DNA of 64,000 nucleotides from Escherichia coli (GTDB lineage Bacteria; Pseudomonadota; Gammaproteobacteria; Enterobacterales; Enterobacteriaceae): NCBI RefSeq assembly GCF_003018235.1, contig NZ_CP027437.1; one strand, 5' to 3'. Shown piece by piece: positions 46,362 to 59,100 of this stretch (position 1 is its first letter; each line of letters starts with the position of its first letter). The notes under the pieces were generated by a model. It saw only the letters and a program-made list of their open reading frames with translations, ran no database searches and was not told where the DNA came from. The position numbers and the translations under genes were made by a program.

Positions 46362-47321
46362 ATGAAGCTGGAAAACAAATTACCCGTTCTGGACCTTATT
46401 TCTGCTGAAATGAAGACCGTTGTGAATACTCTTCAGCCGGATTTACCGCCCTGGCCCGCAACGGGAACGATTGCTGAGCAACGACAGTATTACACGCTTG
46501 AGCGCCGATTCTGGAATGCGGGCGCTCCAGAAATGGCAACCAGAGCTTACATGGTTCCAACAAAATATGGGCAGGTGGAAACACGTCTCTTTTGTCCGCA
46601 GCCAGATAGCCCAGCGACGCTATTTTATTTGCATGGAGGCGGTTTTATTCTCGGCAATCTCGATACCCACGATCGCATCATGCGCCTGCTGGCAAGCTAC
46701 AGCCAATGTACGGTGATTGGTATTGATTACACCCTTTCACCTGAAGCGCGTTTTCCGCAAGCGATAGAGGAAATTGTGGCTGCTTGTTGTTATTTCCACC
46801 AGCAGGCGGAGGATTATCAAATCAATATGTCCCGCATTGGCTTTGCCGGTGATTCCGCAGGTGCCATGCTGGCGCTCGCCAGTGCGTTGTGGTTGCGTGA
46901 TAAACAGATCGATTGCGGTAAAGTTGCGGGCGTTTTGCTGTGGTATGGGCTTTACGGATTACGGGATTCCGTGACTCGTCGTCTGTTGGGCGGTGTCTGG
47001 GATGGCTTAACGCAACAGGATTTACAGATGTATGAAGAGGCGTATTTAAGCAACGACGCGGACCGCGAGTCGCCGTATTACTGCCTGTTTAATAATGATC
47101 TCACTCGCGAAGTTCCGCCCTGTTTTATTGCCGGGGCGGAGTTCGATCCGCTGCTGGATGACAGCCGTCTGCTTTACCAGACGTTAGCGGCGCATCAGCA
47201 GCCCTGTGAGTTCAAACTCTACCCAGGCACGCTGCACGCCTTTTTGCATTATTCACGGATGATGAAAACCGCCGACGAGGCTCTTCGCGACGGCGCTCAG
47301 TTCTTTACCGCTCAGCTTTAG
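46362..47321 (+). CDS. aes: Acetyl esterase Aes (319 aa)
   Basis: Alpha/beta hydrolase with HGGGF oxyanion motif and GDSAG nucleophile motif. Confidence 0.93.
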
Positions 47322-48280
47322 CGATACGCGGCAACAAGATTAGCCATCATCTCGATATGTTCCGGCGTGGCATTAAGCGCCGGAATATATTCATATTTTT
47401 TCCCGCCCGCACCGAGGAAGACCTCACGGTTTTGCTCGGCAATCTCTTCCAGCGTCTCCAGACAATCCGCAGCAAAGCCCGGGCACATCACCTGAATATG
47501 ACCTACGCCTTTTTCTCCGAGCATTTTCAGCGTTTCGTCGGTATAAGGCATCAGCCAGGGTTCCCGCCCAAAGCGCGACTGAAAGGTCATCATCACTTTT
47601 TCCGGTGCCATCCCCAGTGCGGAAGCCAGTTCGCGAGTCGTTGTGCGGCAACGTTGCGGATAATCATCGCCTTCATCTGCATAACGCTGGGGAATGCCAT
47701 GATAAGAGAGCAGCAGCAGATCCGGTTCGCCATGTTTAGCGAAAGAAGCACGTACGCTGTTCGCCAGTGCATTAATGTAATCGTGGTTATCGGCGTAATC
47801 ACGAATAAACGATATCCCCGGAATGCTACGTTTGCGCGCCAGAATGCGTGCCAGTTCATCCCATACCGCACCGACCGTTGAACAGGAGTATTGCGGATAA
47901 AGCGGCAGTACCACAATATGATCTACATGCTCTGCCAGGAGTTCATCTACGGCGCTTTCCAGTGATGGCGAGCCGTAGCTCATTCCCAGCGCTACGGGCG
48001 TCTCCGGTAAACGTTGTGCCAGCGCCTGCTGTTGCTGGCGGCTGTAAACCATCAGCGGCGAGCCACCTTCCATCCAGACAGAGGCATACAGCTTCGCCAC
48101 ACGCGGCGAGCGCAGCGGCAAAATCACGCCGCGCAGCAACGGCCACCATAACAACCGTGAGGTATCAACCACGCGTCTGTCGCTTAAAAATTGTTTCAGA
48201 TAGCGTTTTACCGCTTCAGGTGTGGGGGCATCGGGCGTACCCAGGTTTGCCAGCAGGATACCGGTTTTAGTCTGACGCAT
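47318..48280 (-). CDS. hemH: Ferrochelatase (320 aa)
   Basis: 320-aa ferrochelatase-family ORF; 4-bp convergent overlap with aes. Confidence 0.93.
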
Positions 48281-48411
48281 TACCGCCTCTTATCGATTCA
48301 ACTTGTTGATAATTGTAGCGGAAAAGTGAAGAAGAAGAACTAATTGCTGTGAGAGGTATTGCCTGAGGAGAATGAGCAGACCTGCCCGAAAGCAGATCTG
48401 CTGCGGCTTGA

Positions 48412-49128
<717 letters not shown>

Positions 49129-49187
49129 TCAAGAAAGGCACCTGGGGCTGAAACGGTTAATGGCGAGATAATTTGCGGAAAGTGCAG

Positions 49188-49231
49188 ATAATGAAAAGAA
49201 AAATGCCGGATGACACGAAGGTCATCCGGCA
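49188..49231 (-). terminator. Rho-independent terminator downstream of htpG
   Basis: Hairpin tgccggatgacacgaaggtcatccggca followed on the minus strand by tttttctttt. Confidence 0.7.
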
Positions 49232-49236
49232 TGACA

Positions 49237-51111
49237 TCAGGAAACCAGCAGCTGGTTCATACGACGAATAAACAGGTTCGGATCTTCCAGCGTGCCGCGT
49301 TCTGCCAGCAGCGCCTGATCCAGCAGCAGTTCTACCCACTCGCTGAACTTCGCTTCATCTTCGGTATCTGCCGCACGTTTCACCAGTACGTGATCCGGGT
49401 TCAGTTCGAAGATGTATTTCACTTCCGGCACTTTCTGGCCCGCCGCAGCGAACAGTTTCGCCATCTGAGTGCTCATTTCGTCCGCGTCGGTCGAAACGAT
49501 CGCTGGCGTATCGGTCAGACGGTGAGTCAAACGGACATCTTTCACGCGCTCGCCGAGCAGGGCTTTCACACGATCGATGAACGGAGTCAGTGCTTTCTCC
49601 GCTTCTTTCGCGCTCTCATCAACTTCGTCAGCCAGTTTTTCCAGCGACTCGTCAACTTTAGACACCGACTGGAACGGTTTACCGTCGAACTCAGTCAGAT
49701 AGTTCATCATCCACTCATCGATGCGGTCGGAAAGCAGCAGAACTTCGATGCCTTTCTTACGCAGCAGTTCCAGGTGCGGGCTGCTCTTCGCTGCCGCATA
49801 GCTGTCTGCAGTGATGTAGTAGATTTTCTCCTGCCCTTCTTTCATGCGGGAAACGTAGTCTTCCAGAGACACAGTCTGCGCAGAAGAATCGGTATGGGTA
49901 GAAGCAAAACGCAGCAATTTGGCGATCGCTTCCTGGTTAGCGAAATCTTCCGCCGGACCTTCTTTCAGTACCATGCCAAACTGTTGCCAGAAGGTCTGGT
50001 ATTTTTCCGCGTCGTCTTTCGCCAGTTTTTCCAGCATTTGCAGCACACGCTTGGTCAGCGCATTGCGCAGGTTACGCGTTACCGTGCTGTCCTGGAGGAT
50101 TTCACGGGAAACGTTCAGCGGCAGATCGCTGGAGTCAATCAGACCACGCACGAAGCGCAGATAGTTCGGCATGAACTGTTCTGCGTCGTCCATGATGAAC
50201 ACACGCTGAACATACAGTTTCAGGCCGTGTTTATGATCACGGTTCCACATATCCCACGGAGCCTGGGACGGGATGTACAGCAGGCTGGTGTACTCCTGCT
50301 TACCTTCAACACGGTTGTGGCTCCAGGTCAGCGGATCGTTAAAGTCGTGGGCGATGTGTTTGTAGAACTCTTTGTACTCTTCATCGGTGATTTCCGACTT
50401 GTTACGGGTCCACAGCGCCTGCGCTTTGTTGATTTTCTCCCAGGAGATAACGGTTTCGCCATCTTTCTCTTCGCGTTTTTCGATCTCTACCGGCAGCGCG
50501 ATATGGTCGGAGTATTTGCTGATGATGGAACGCACGCGCCAGTCATCGAGGAACTCGTCTTCGCCTTCACGCAGATGCAGGGTGATTTCAGTACCACGAT
50601 CTTCTTTGGTGATGTCGGCAACGGTGTATTCACCTTCACCAGCCGATTCCCAGAAAACACCGTTTTCTGGTTTTTCGCCTGCCGCGCGAGTACGCACGGT
50701 CACTTTGTCGGCCACGATAAACGCAGAGTAGAAACCAACACCAAACTGACCGATCAGCTGGCTGTCTTTCGCCTGGTCAGAACCCAGGGATTCGAGGAAT
50801 GATTTGGTGCCGGATTTAGCGATAGTCCCCAGATGGTCAATCACTTCGTCGCGGGTCATCCCCACGCCGTTATCGGAGATGGTCAGCGTACGCTTGTCTT
50901 TATCGAAAGAGACACGAACGCGCAGTTCGCCATCACCTTCGTACAGGTCAGGGTTAGAGAGCGCGCGGAAACGCAGCTTGTCCGCCGCATCGGAGGCGTT
51001 AGAGATAAGCTCACGCAGGAAGATTTCTTTATTGGAATAGAGAGAATGGATCATCAGGTGCAGAAGCTGCTTCACTTCTGACTGAAAACCACGAGTTTCT
51101 TGTCCTTTCAT
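49237..51111 (-). CDS. htpG: Chaperone HtpG (Hsp90 family, 624 aa)
   Basis: [46 protein letters not shown] ATPase start; 624 aa. Confidence 0.98.
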   Translation of the reverse strand: MKGQETRGFQSEVKQLLHLMIHSLYSNKEIFLRELISNASDAADKLRFRALSNPDLYEGDGELRVRVSFDKDKRTLTISDNGVGMTRDEVIDHLGTIAKSGTKSFLESLGSDQAKDSQLIGQFGVGFYSAFIVADKVTVRTRAAGEKPENGVFWESAGEGEYTVADITKEDRGTEITLHLREGEDEFLDDWRVRSIISKYSDHIALPVEIEKREEKDGETVISWEKINKAQALWTRNKSEITDEEYKEFYKHIAHDFNDPLTWSHNRVEGKQEYTSLLYIPSQAPWDMWNRDHKHGLKLYVQRVFIMDDAEQFMPNYLRFVRGLIDSSDLPLNVSREILQDSTVTRNLRNALTKRVLQMLEKLAKDDAEKYQTFWQQFGMVLKEGPAEDFANQEAIAKLLRFASTHTDSSAQTVSLEDYVSRMKEGQEKIYYITADSYAAAKSSPHLELLRKKGIEVLLLSDRIDEWMMNYLTEFDGKPFQSVSKVDESLEKLADEVDESAKEAEKALTPFIDRVKALLGERVKDVRLTHRLTDTPAIVSTDADEMSTQMAKLFAAAGQKVPEVKYIFELNPDHVLVKRAADTEDEAKFSEWVELLLDQALLAERGTLEDPNLFIRRMNQLLVS

Positions 51112-51162
51112 GTAGGTCTACCTCAATAATGCCATTTTAAGGTTAAAAACAGGATGTGGGAG

Positions 51163-51191
51163 AGATGGGGACAAGGGAGAATAATTTCAAG
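51163..51191 (-). promoter_or_regulatory. Sigma-32 heat-shock promoter of htpG
   Basis: On the minus strand CTTGAAAT (-35) and CCCCATCT (-10) with about 14-bp spacing, about 50 bp upstream of the htpG ATG. Confidence 0.7.
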
Positions 51192-51220
51192 CGAGAGCAG
51201 GTGATCCTGCTCTCGTTTGC

Positions 51221-51825
51221 TTAAAAACGAATCTTATGACGCCCGGCAAGGGAGTGTGACAGCGTGGTGCCATCGACCATTTCCAGCTCGCCGCCAACCG
51301 GTACGCCATGAGCGATTCGGCTGGCTTCCACGTCATATTGCGCGCAAAGCTCGGCAATGTAGTTAGCGGTAGCTTCACCTTCAACCGTGGGGTTGGTGGC
51401 GAGGATCACTTCAGTGATTTTTTCCTCTGCCAGACGCTGTTCCAGACGATCAAGGCCGATATCATCCGGACCGATGCCGTCCAGCGGTGACAGATGCCCC
51501 ATCAACACAAAATAACGACCTGAAAACTGCCCCGTCTGCTCAATAGCGTAAATGTCCGCCGGACTCTCCACCACGCAGATTTGACCGTTTTCCTGACGAC
51601 GCGGATTCGAACAGATGTTACAGACTTCCTGTTCGGTGAAAGTGCGGCAATCGGCGCAGTGGCCGATTTCCGACATCGCCCGGGTGAGCACCTGCGCCAG
51701 ACGCATCCCGCCGCTACGATCGCGCTGAAGCAGCGTGAACGCCATACGCTGCGCCGACTTCGGGCCAACGCCCGGCAGACAGCGCAGTGCTTCCATAAGC
51801 TGTGTTAACAGCGGGCTGGTTTGCA

Positions 51826-51826
<1 letters not shown>
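51221..51826 (-). CDS. recR: Recombination protein RecR (201 aa)
   Basis: C4 zinc finger ([16 protein letters not shown]) and Toprim domain; 201 aa. Confidence 0.96.
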
Positions 51827-52170
<344 letters not shown>

Positions 52171-52207
52171 TCACGTTAAGGATGACGAACGTAAGCTGTG
52201 CTTACGA

Positions 52208-54139
52208 TCAAATGGGGCGGATACTGTCTTCATCCAGCTCCGCATCGAAGAACCGACGCAGAGTCTGAATATTATTATCCGCAATAATGGACTCGCGCGC
52301 CTGCGCAAGTTTTTCTTCGTATATCGCCTGACGCCATTCCAGCGGCGTACGCACCGCGGGATTATCATCTTCAACGATAGTCAGTTCAACCGTTGAACCT
52401 TTTAACATGCTCAACGCTTCAGCCAGTTTTTGCTGTGCGCCGCGGTTGTTCAAATGCCGCTGAGAGGAGCGCAAATGCAGACATACTGCGTTGTCGCTCT
52501 CCTCTTTCCAGGCATTTAACGCCACCTGTTCGACCAGTTTTGGTAGCGAAAGTTGACTCACCTGAGCCGCCCACGGGTCGCGCTCAATGGCTTCTGCCGC
52601 CAGCTTCGCCGCCAGTTCCGGCGTTTTTTCATGTTCCAGCGCTTTTTTCAGCGCCTTCGGCGTGGCGACCACTTCTTTTTGCTGCATCACTGGAGTGGTG
52701 GCCTTCCAGCGATACGCTTCTTTTTTGGCTGGCGCTTTTTCCAGCGCCGATGGCACCGGACGCGCCTGAACGCGATCGGTGACCGAAGCCAGTCTTTCCA
52801 GCGCAGCGTTATTCACCGGCCGCGCGCGGGTAGCGGCTGCCGGTTCACTCTTTTTTGCTTTGGTTGCTCCCTGCACGCGCTGCAACTGCTGGCGCGCCGC
52901 CAGCACCTGGCTGGTGGTTTCCGGGAGCGGTACAGTCGGTGCCTGCTGCGGCGCTGATTGCGGTTGCGGCGGCACCTGGGTTGGCGTCATTACTGCCGTT
53001 GGCGCGACGGGCGCAAAGGACTGGCGTGGCACTTCTGGCTCAGGCAGTGGCATACGCGGATGGAACGCCAGCGCGCGAAGCAGCGTCATCTCAACGCCCA
53101 TACGGCGGTCTGGCGCATACGGTAATTCTTTGCGACCAATCAACAGCGTCTGATAGTAAAGCTGAATATCCGTCGGCGGTATGGTGCGCGCCAGTTCACG
53201 CATCCGCAGCTCGATAGCGGCCATGTCGTTGCCAAGTGCAGCAGGCGAAAGTTGTACCATCGCAATACGATGCAACAGGCCGAGCATTTCCACCAGCAAC
53301 GCTTCCCACTCGATACCACGGGCAGCGGCTTCATTAATCAGTGCCATTACGCGCTCGCCGTTGGCCTCGACCATCGCTTCAACCAGCGACAGCGCCTGAT
53401 CGTCGTCAAGCGTACCCAGCATCGCACTGACCGCCTGAGTTGAAACCTGGCCGTCACCGCTGGCAATCGCCTGGTCGGTCAGACTTAAGGCATCTCGCAG
53501 GCTGCCTTCAGCGGCGCGTGCCAGCAATTGCAGCGCCCGCGGCTCGTGAGCGATATGTTCTTCGTTGAGGATGTGCTCAAGCTGATGGCGAATTTGCTCG
53601 ACATCCAGCGCCTTGAGATGGAATTGCAGACAGCGCGACAAAATCGTCACCGGCAATTTCTGCGGATCGGTCGTCGCCAGCAGAAACTTAACGTGCTCCG
53701 GCGGCTCTTCAAGGGTTTTTAACAGTGCGTTAAAGCTGTGGCGCGACAGCATATGCACTTCGTCGATCAGATAAACTTTGAAACGACCACGCGCCGGAGC
53801 GTACTGGACGTTATCCAGCAGGTCGCGAGTGTCTTCAACTTTAGTGCGCGAGGCGGCGTCGATTTCAATCAGATCGACAAAGCGCCCCTGCTCGATTTCA
53901 CGACAGTTATCGCACACGCCGCACGGCGTCGCGGTAATGCCGGTTTCGCAGTTTAGTCCCTTCGCCAGCAGTCGGGCGATAGAGGTTTTTCCGACGCCAC
54001 GGGTACCGGAAAAAAGATAAGCATGATGAATACGCCCTAACGACAAGCCGTTCGCCAGTGCGGTCAGCACATGTTCCTGGCCGACGACGTCAGCAAAGGT
54101 TTGTGGGCGCCATTTTCGGGCTAAGACCTGATAACTCAT
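52208..54139 (-). CDS. dnaX: DNA polymerase III tau subunit (643 aa); also encodes gamma by programmed frameshift
   Basis: AAA+ ATPase (GTRGVGKTS), zinc module (CGVCDNC); 643 aa. Confidence 0.98.
   Translation of the reverse strand: MSYQVLARKWRPQTFADVVGQEHVLTALANGLSLGRIHHAYLFSGTRGVGKTSIARLLAKGLNCETGITATPCGVCDNCREIEQGRFVDLIEIDAASRTKVEDTRDLLDNVQYAPARGRFKVYLIDEVHMLSRHSFNALLKTLEEPPEHVKFLLATTDPQKLPVTILSRCLQFHLKALDVEQIRHQLEHILNEEHIAHEPRALQLLARAAEGSLRDALSLTDQAIASGDGQVSTQAVSAMLGTLDDDQALSLVEAMVEANGERVMALINEAAARGIEWEALLVEMLGLLHRIAMVQLSPAALGNDMAAIELRMRELARTIPPTDIQLYYQTLLIGRKELPYAPDRRMGVEMTLLRALAFHPRMPLPEPEVPRQSFAPVAPTAVMTPTQVPPQPQSAPQQAPTVPLPETTSQVLAARQQLQRVQGATKAKKSEPAAATRARPVNNAALERLASVTDRVQARPVPSALEKAPAKKEAYRWKATTPVMQQKEVVATPKALKKALEHEKTPELAAKLAAEAIERDPWAAQVSQLSLPKLVEQVALNAWKEESDNAVCLHLRSSQRHLNNRGAQQKLAEALSMLKGSTVELTIVEDDNPAVRTPLEWRQAIYEEKLAQARESIIADNNIQTLRRFFDAELDEDSIRPI
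52845..52856 (-). other. dnaX programmed -1 frameshift site (A AAA AAG heptamer, then GAG TGA in the -1 frame), producing the gamma subunit
   Basis: Minus-strand GCA AAA AAG AGT GAA; a -1 slip gives Lys-Glu-stop, the classic dnaX recoding site. Confidence 0.9.
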
Positions 54140-54267
54140 TGGCAGGCTCTGAAACGCTGGAAGGTGGATTCACGAAGGGGTAATGCTAACACAGCCCCGT
54201 CAGAACGGCGAGGCTGAATGCACATCTTGTGCTGTCCGTAGCGTGGGCAGCACAAGACTGGCGATGA

Positions 54268-54819
54268 TTAATGGCCCGGGAACGGAACAAGGCTGTAGCT
54301 GGTAATGCCCTGTTTTTCGAGACGCTGTTCGCCGCCGAGATCGAACAGATTGATAATGAACGCAGCGTCAGCCACTTCACCACCCAGACGACGGATCAGT
54401 TTAACGGTCGCTTCGATAGTGCCGCCGGTTGCCAGCAGATCGTCCACCACCAGAACTTTGTCGCCCGGTTTGATGGCATCAACGTGGATTTCCAGCTGAT
54501 CGGTGCCGTACTCCAGGTCGTAAGTTTCACTGATGGTCTCACGCGGCAGTTTGCCCGGTTTACGGACCGGTACAAAGCCAACGCCCAGACCCAGAGCTAC
54601 CGGAGCGCCAAACAAGAAGCCACGCGCTTCGGTGCCGACAACTTTGGTAATGCCCGCATTTTTGTAACGCTCAACCAGCAAGTCGATGCTGAGAGCGTAA
54701 GCTTTCGGGTCTTCCAGTAAGCTGGTGACATCACGGAAAAGAATGCCGGGTTTTGGGTAGTCCTGAATGCTTTTGATGCTATTTTTGAGATACTCAAGCT
54801 GCTGTGCAGTCGCGGTCAT
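54268..54819 (-). CDS. apt: Adenine phosphoribosyltransferase (183 aa); ORF-track upstream extension trimmed
   Basis: [34 protein letters not shown] start; PRPP-binding motif [13 protein letters not shown]. Confidence 0.95.
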
Positions 54820-54971
54820 AAGTGTATGCCTGCTTGTTACGGTGGTACTCACGGCGCGTTTTAAACGTATCAAAAGTAACAGTTGTTTAACCTTTGACCG
54901 CCTGCGCCTGTGCTCGAAAACGCCAGAATGTACTGGCTGTACGCAATAATTGCAACTGCGATTGTTGTGCT

Positions 54972-55349
54972 TCAGTGCTTTTCTTGCTTTTCATCAATCA
55001 CCGGAATTCGCCACATATAAAAAAGCAAACAGGCGAGAATTACCAGCAACATGATGCGCACCCATGGCATCTGGACGAACCACAGAGAAATTGCAAACGT
55101 GAGCAAAATAAGCAAAATCGCCCGCGGTTTGACGCCGCGCGGCATCGCATGATGTTTCTGCCAGAAACGTAGATAGCTGCCAAACCATGAGCGGTACAGC
55201 AACCAAGCGTGAAAGCGCGGGGAAGAACGGGCAAAGCACCAGGCCGCCAGCAGGATAAACGGCGTCGTCGGTAATACCGGTAATACCACGCCCAGCGTAC
55301 CCAGCACTACCGCCAGCCAGCCAATGATGATTAAAATGATTCGTTGCAT
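54972..55349 (-). CDS. ybaN: Inner membrane protein YbaN (DUF454, 125 aa)
   Basis: 125-aa membrane ORF in the conserved position. Confidence 0.85.
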
Positions 55350-55418
55350 ATTGAGTGTTGTCAGCTTACAGAGTTGCTACTTTAGCATAACAATTATCAT
55401 TTTCATTGAGGTCTTATC

Positions 55419-55946
55419 GTGAAAACCGCCCTGCTGCTGGAAAAACTGGAAGGACAGCTCGCCACGCTGCGCCAGCGTTGTGCCCCGGTAGCGCAATTTG
55501 CCACGCTAAGTGCCCGCTTTGACAGGCACCTTTTTCAGACCCGTGCGACAACACTGCAGGCTTGTCTCGATGAGGCGGGCGATAACATGGCTGCGCTTCG
55601 TCATGCGGTTGAGCAGCAACAGCTGCCGCAAGTGGCCTGGCTGGCAGAACATCTGGCGGCGCAACTGGAGGCTATAGCGCGTGAAGCCACAGCCTGGTCG
55701 CTACGCGAGTGGGACAGTGCGCCACCGAAAATTGCCCGCTGGCAGCGTAAACGTATTCAGCATCAGGATTTTGAGCGGCGGCTACGTGAGATGGTAGCCG
55801 AACGTCGAGCCCGCCTGGCGCGGGTGACCGATCTCGTGGAACAGCAAACGCTGCATCGTGAAGTGGAAGCCTATGAAGCGCGCCTGGCACGCTGCCGCCA
55901 TGCGCTGGAAAAAATCGAAAACAGGCTAGCGCGCTTAACCCGCTAG
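55419..55946 (+). CDS. priC: Primosomal replication protein N'' PriC (175 aa)
   Basis: 175-aa basic helical protein divergent from ybaN, as in K-12. Confidence 0.88.
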   Translation: MKTALLLEKLEGQLATLRQRCAPVAQFATLSARFDRHLFQTRATTLQACLDEAGDNMAALRHAVEQQQLPQVAWLAEHLAAQLEAIAREATAWSLREWDSAPPKIARWQRKRIQHQDFERRLREMVAERRARLARVTDLVEQQTLHREVEAYEARLARCRHALEKIENRLARLTR

Positions 55947-55959
55947 CAATGGAGAGAGT

Positions 55960-56124
55960 ATGTCACTGGAAAATGCCCCTGACGATGTCAAACTGGCTGT
56001 CGATTTGATTGTGCTGCTGGAAGAAAATCAGATCCCAGCCCGCACCGTGCTGCGCGCGCTGGATATTGTGAAGCGTGATTATGAAAAGAAGTTACAGAGC
56101 GATGAGGCTTCGCAAAGCGAGTAA
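55960..56124 (+). CDS. ybaM: Small protein YbaM (DUF2496, 54 aa)
   Basis: ATG at 55960 gives [54 protein letters not shown]; below the ORF-track length cutoff. Confidence 0.75.
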   Translation: MSLENAPDDVKLAVDLIVLLEENQIPARTVLRALDIVKRDYEKKLQSDEASQSE

Positions 56125-56128
56125 AAAA

Positions 56129-56157
56129 TAAAGGGCGGCATCACTGTCGCCCTTTAT
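56129..56157. terminator. Hairpin between convergent ybaM and mscK (probable bidirectional terminator)
   Basis: aaagggcggcatcactgtcgcccttta stem-loop flanked by A and T runs. Confidence 0.6.
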
Positions 56158-56162
56158 TGTCC

Positions 56163-59100
56163 TTACCCTACCGCTGGTGTCGGATCGTCGCCTTTGTAGT
56201 CGCGTTTGACTTCCGTCACCTCATCGCCCTTCTCGTTGTGCAGATGCACTTCAAGCTGGTTAAAGGCAATGTTGATATCGTTTTCACGGCACAGCTGATC
56301 GATAGTACGGTTCAGCTCATCGACAGTACGGCTACGGTCACGCAGTTCACGCACATACAGACGCAGCTCATGATCCAACGTGCTGGCACCAAACGCCGTA
56401 AAGAAAACTTCCGGCATTGGTTCGTGCATCACCCTTGGGTGCTCAGTCGCCGCCTTCAGTAACACTTTACGCACTTTTTCCAGATCGGAGCCATAGGCCA
56501 CGCCGAGACGGATCACCAGACGCGTAGTAGTGTCAGTCAACGACCAGTTGATCAGACGCTCGGTAACAAACGCTTTGTTCGGGATGATCACTTCTTTGCG
56601 ATCGAAATCGGTAATCGTTGTCGCACGAATACGAATCTTACTTACCGTCCCCGAGAAGCTACCAATGGTTACCGTATCGCCAATGCGTACCGGACGTTCG
56701 AACAGAATGATCAAACCGGAGACGAAGTTACCGAAGATCTCTTGTAAACCAAAACCAAGACCTACGGATAATGCTGCGGCCAGCCACTGGAGTTTATCCC
56801 ACGAGACGCCCAGCGATCCGAACACCGTCATCGCACCAACGGCAATAATGATGTAGTTAAGGATGGTAGTAATGGCATACGACGCGCCCTGGCGCATGTT
56901 CAGGCGCGAGAGCACCAACACTTCCAACAGACCAGGCAGGTTGCGAATCAACGCCCAGGCTACCATTGAGGCGATAATCGCAAACAACAGACTGCCCATG
57001 GTGACGTTTTTCACCACCGCAGCGCCAGCTTCAGTGCCGTTGTAATGCCAGAGCGTGATGCTGTCCAGATAGCTGAACACGGTGATCAAATCGGACCAAA
57101 TTGCCCAGAACATGACACCGAACAGCGCAAACATCAGCAACATGGTAATACGCAGCGTCTGCTGGTTAACCTGCTCCAGTGCAATGGTGGGTTCTTCCGG
57201 CGGTTCAGCACCTTCCGCGCCCTCTTTCACCAGATTCTGCCGACGCGCCAGCGCACGACGCCAGGCGATACGCCGCGCCGCTACGCTTAAGCCGCGCAAT
57301 ACCGTCTGGTACAGCAGGTTCCAGATGATCACCAAATAAACGGTTTCAATCCAACGCCCGGAGAGGCGCAGCGTGGTGTAGAAATAACCCGTGGCGGTCA
57401 GCACCATCAACGCAATCGGGATAATCGACAGCACGGTAATGGTGACCAGTCGCATGGTGTGCGACTCTTTATCACGCCAGCTTTCGCGGCACATCGGCCA
57501 TACCAGGAAGGCAATCAGCAGCAGGTTGAAGAAAATCATCGCCTGCCCCAGCACATCATCCATCAGATGCAGCGGGGAAAGTTCTGCCACCACAGACCAG
57601 AAATGGATAGGCAGCAATGCGAGACTGATGCGGACAATTTGCCGACGCCAGTGGCTGGTCTGCTGTTCCGGCATACCAAAGTGACGCACGGCAACGCCGT
57701 TTTTCTCCAGTACCTTCCAGCACAGGCCAAACACCAGCCAGAAAATCGCCAGTTTTTTACTGAACGACCATAGCAGTTCGCTGATGTTGAGTTGCATGGT
57801 CAACAGAATCAGGCCAACCGCGAGAATAATCAGGCACACCGGCAGCGCACGGATCAGGTCGATAAGGATCGCTTTTGGTGTGTTGAGCTGGCTATCGTTA
57901 CGCAGGGAACCCACAGCGGAAGCCAGTTTCTGTTGATACGCTTTCAGCCAGCCCAGACGCCAGTGGATCAGCCCGGCAATCAACAGCAGCGGCAAACCGG
58001 CGAGGAAAGCGATAAAAACGGCAGGCCAGGCTTTTTCCCAGTTCACCGTGATTTTCATCGACTTAAATTCATCTTTCAGGCTTTGCGGGAACGCTTTGAT
58101 CCAGTCCCAGTCCATTGGACGGTTACTGTTCACCCAAAAGATTTGCTGAGTCAGGATGGATTTCAGGTTTTTCGACACACTCATTAACTGCTGCTGGTTG
58201 ATTTGCAGGTTAATGGCCATCATCAGCTGGTTACCCAACTGTTTGTTAAGCTGATCCAGCAATTCGCGACGCATATCAACTACTTGCAATAACGCATCGT
58301 GAACTTCGCTGTTGACTTCGTTGGTGTGACCTTCTTCCAGTTTGTTGACGAACGCATCGCTCTGGAAGAGTGCATCACGCTGCTGGTTAACTTCAAACTG
58401 TTCGAGACGCAAATCCGCGATGCGGTTGGTCATGTTTTCCAGTTCATCCGCCGAGGGCAGCGTTTGTTGTTGCTGGTAAAGGATACGAGACAACAGCAGG
58501 CTGCCCTTCAGGACGGCAATCTGCTCTTTAATATTGCGTTCCGATTGCAGCGCCCGCTCCAGCCAGTTTTTGACTTTAATGTTTTGCTGCATCAACTGAT
58601 TACCGTTTTCAGTCGCTGTAATCAGACGCTGACTTAACTGCTGGTTAATTTCCAGTTCCTGCTTCACCAGCGGATTAGCCTGAATACGCGCGGCTTCATC
58701 CGGGGAGACGGCTTCCTGCGCCGTTTTTTCGGTTAAAGTCAGGCGCTTGCTGTTTACTGCTTCTTGCAACAGCTGCAACTGGTGCTCCAGACGGGCGCTG
58801 TTCGCCGTCACGTAATCACGTTGCTTTTGCAAGGTATCCTGCAAGACGGTGTTCCCTTCCAGGCTTTTACGCTGCTGGTCAATCTCGGCATTCAGCAACG
58901 CCTGCTGGGCCTGCATTAACACTTTCTGGCTGGGACGTAAGGCAGTCTCGCCGACATCAGTCCCATCCAGACGACTGCGAATTTGTTGCAGCTGCTGCGA
59001 AGCGTTATACATCGCATTTTGCACGCGTTCGGGCTGCGTCTGTAACGAAACCAGCTGGCTGTTATAAGACGCCAGATCGTTTTGTGCGTTTTGCAAATCG

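Noticed and set aside
49210-50802. 530-aa plus-strand ORF and other ORFs antisense to htpG, and similar antisense ORFs over dnaX, mscK, the ABC transporter, HlyD and copA
   Set aside because: They lie entirely within well-recognised genes on the opposite strand and have no recognisable domains; typical antisense open frames
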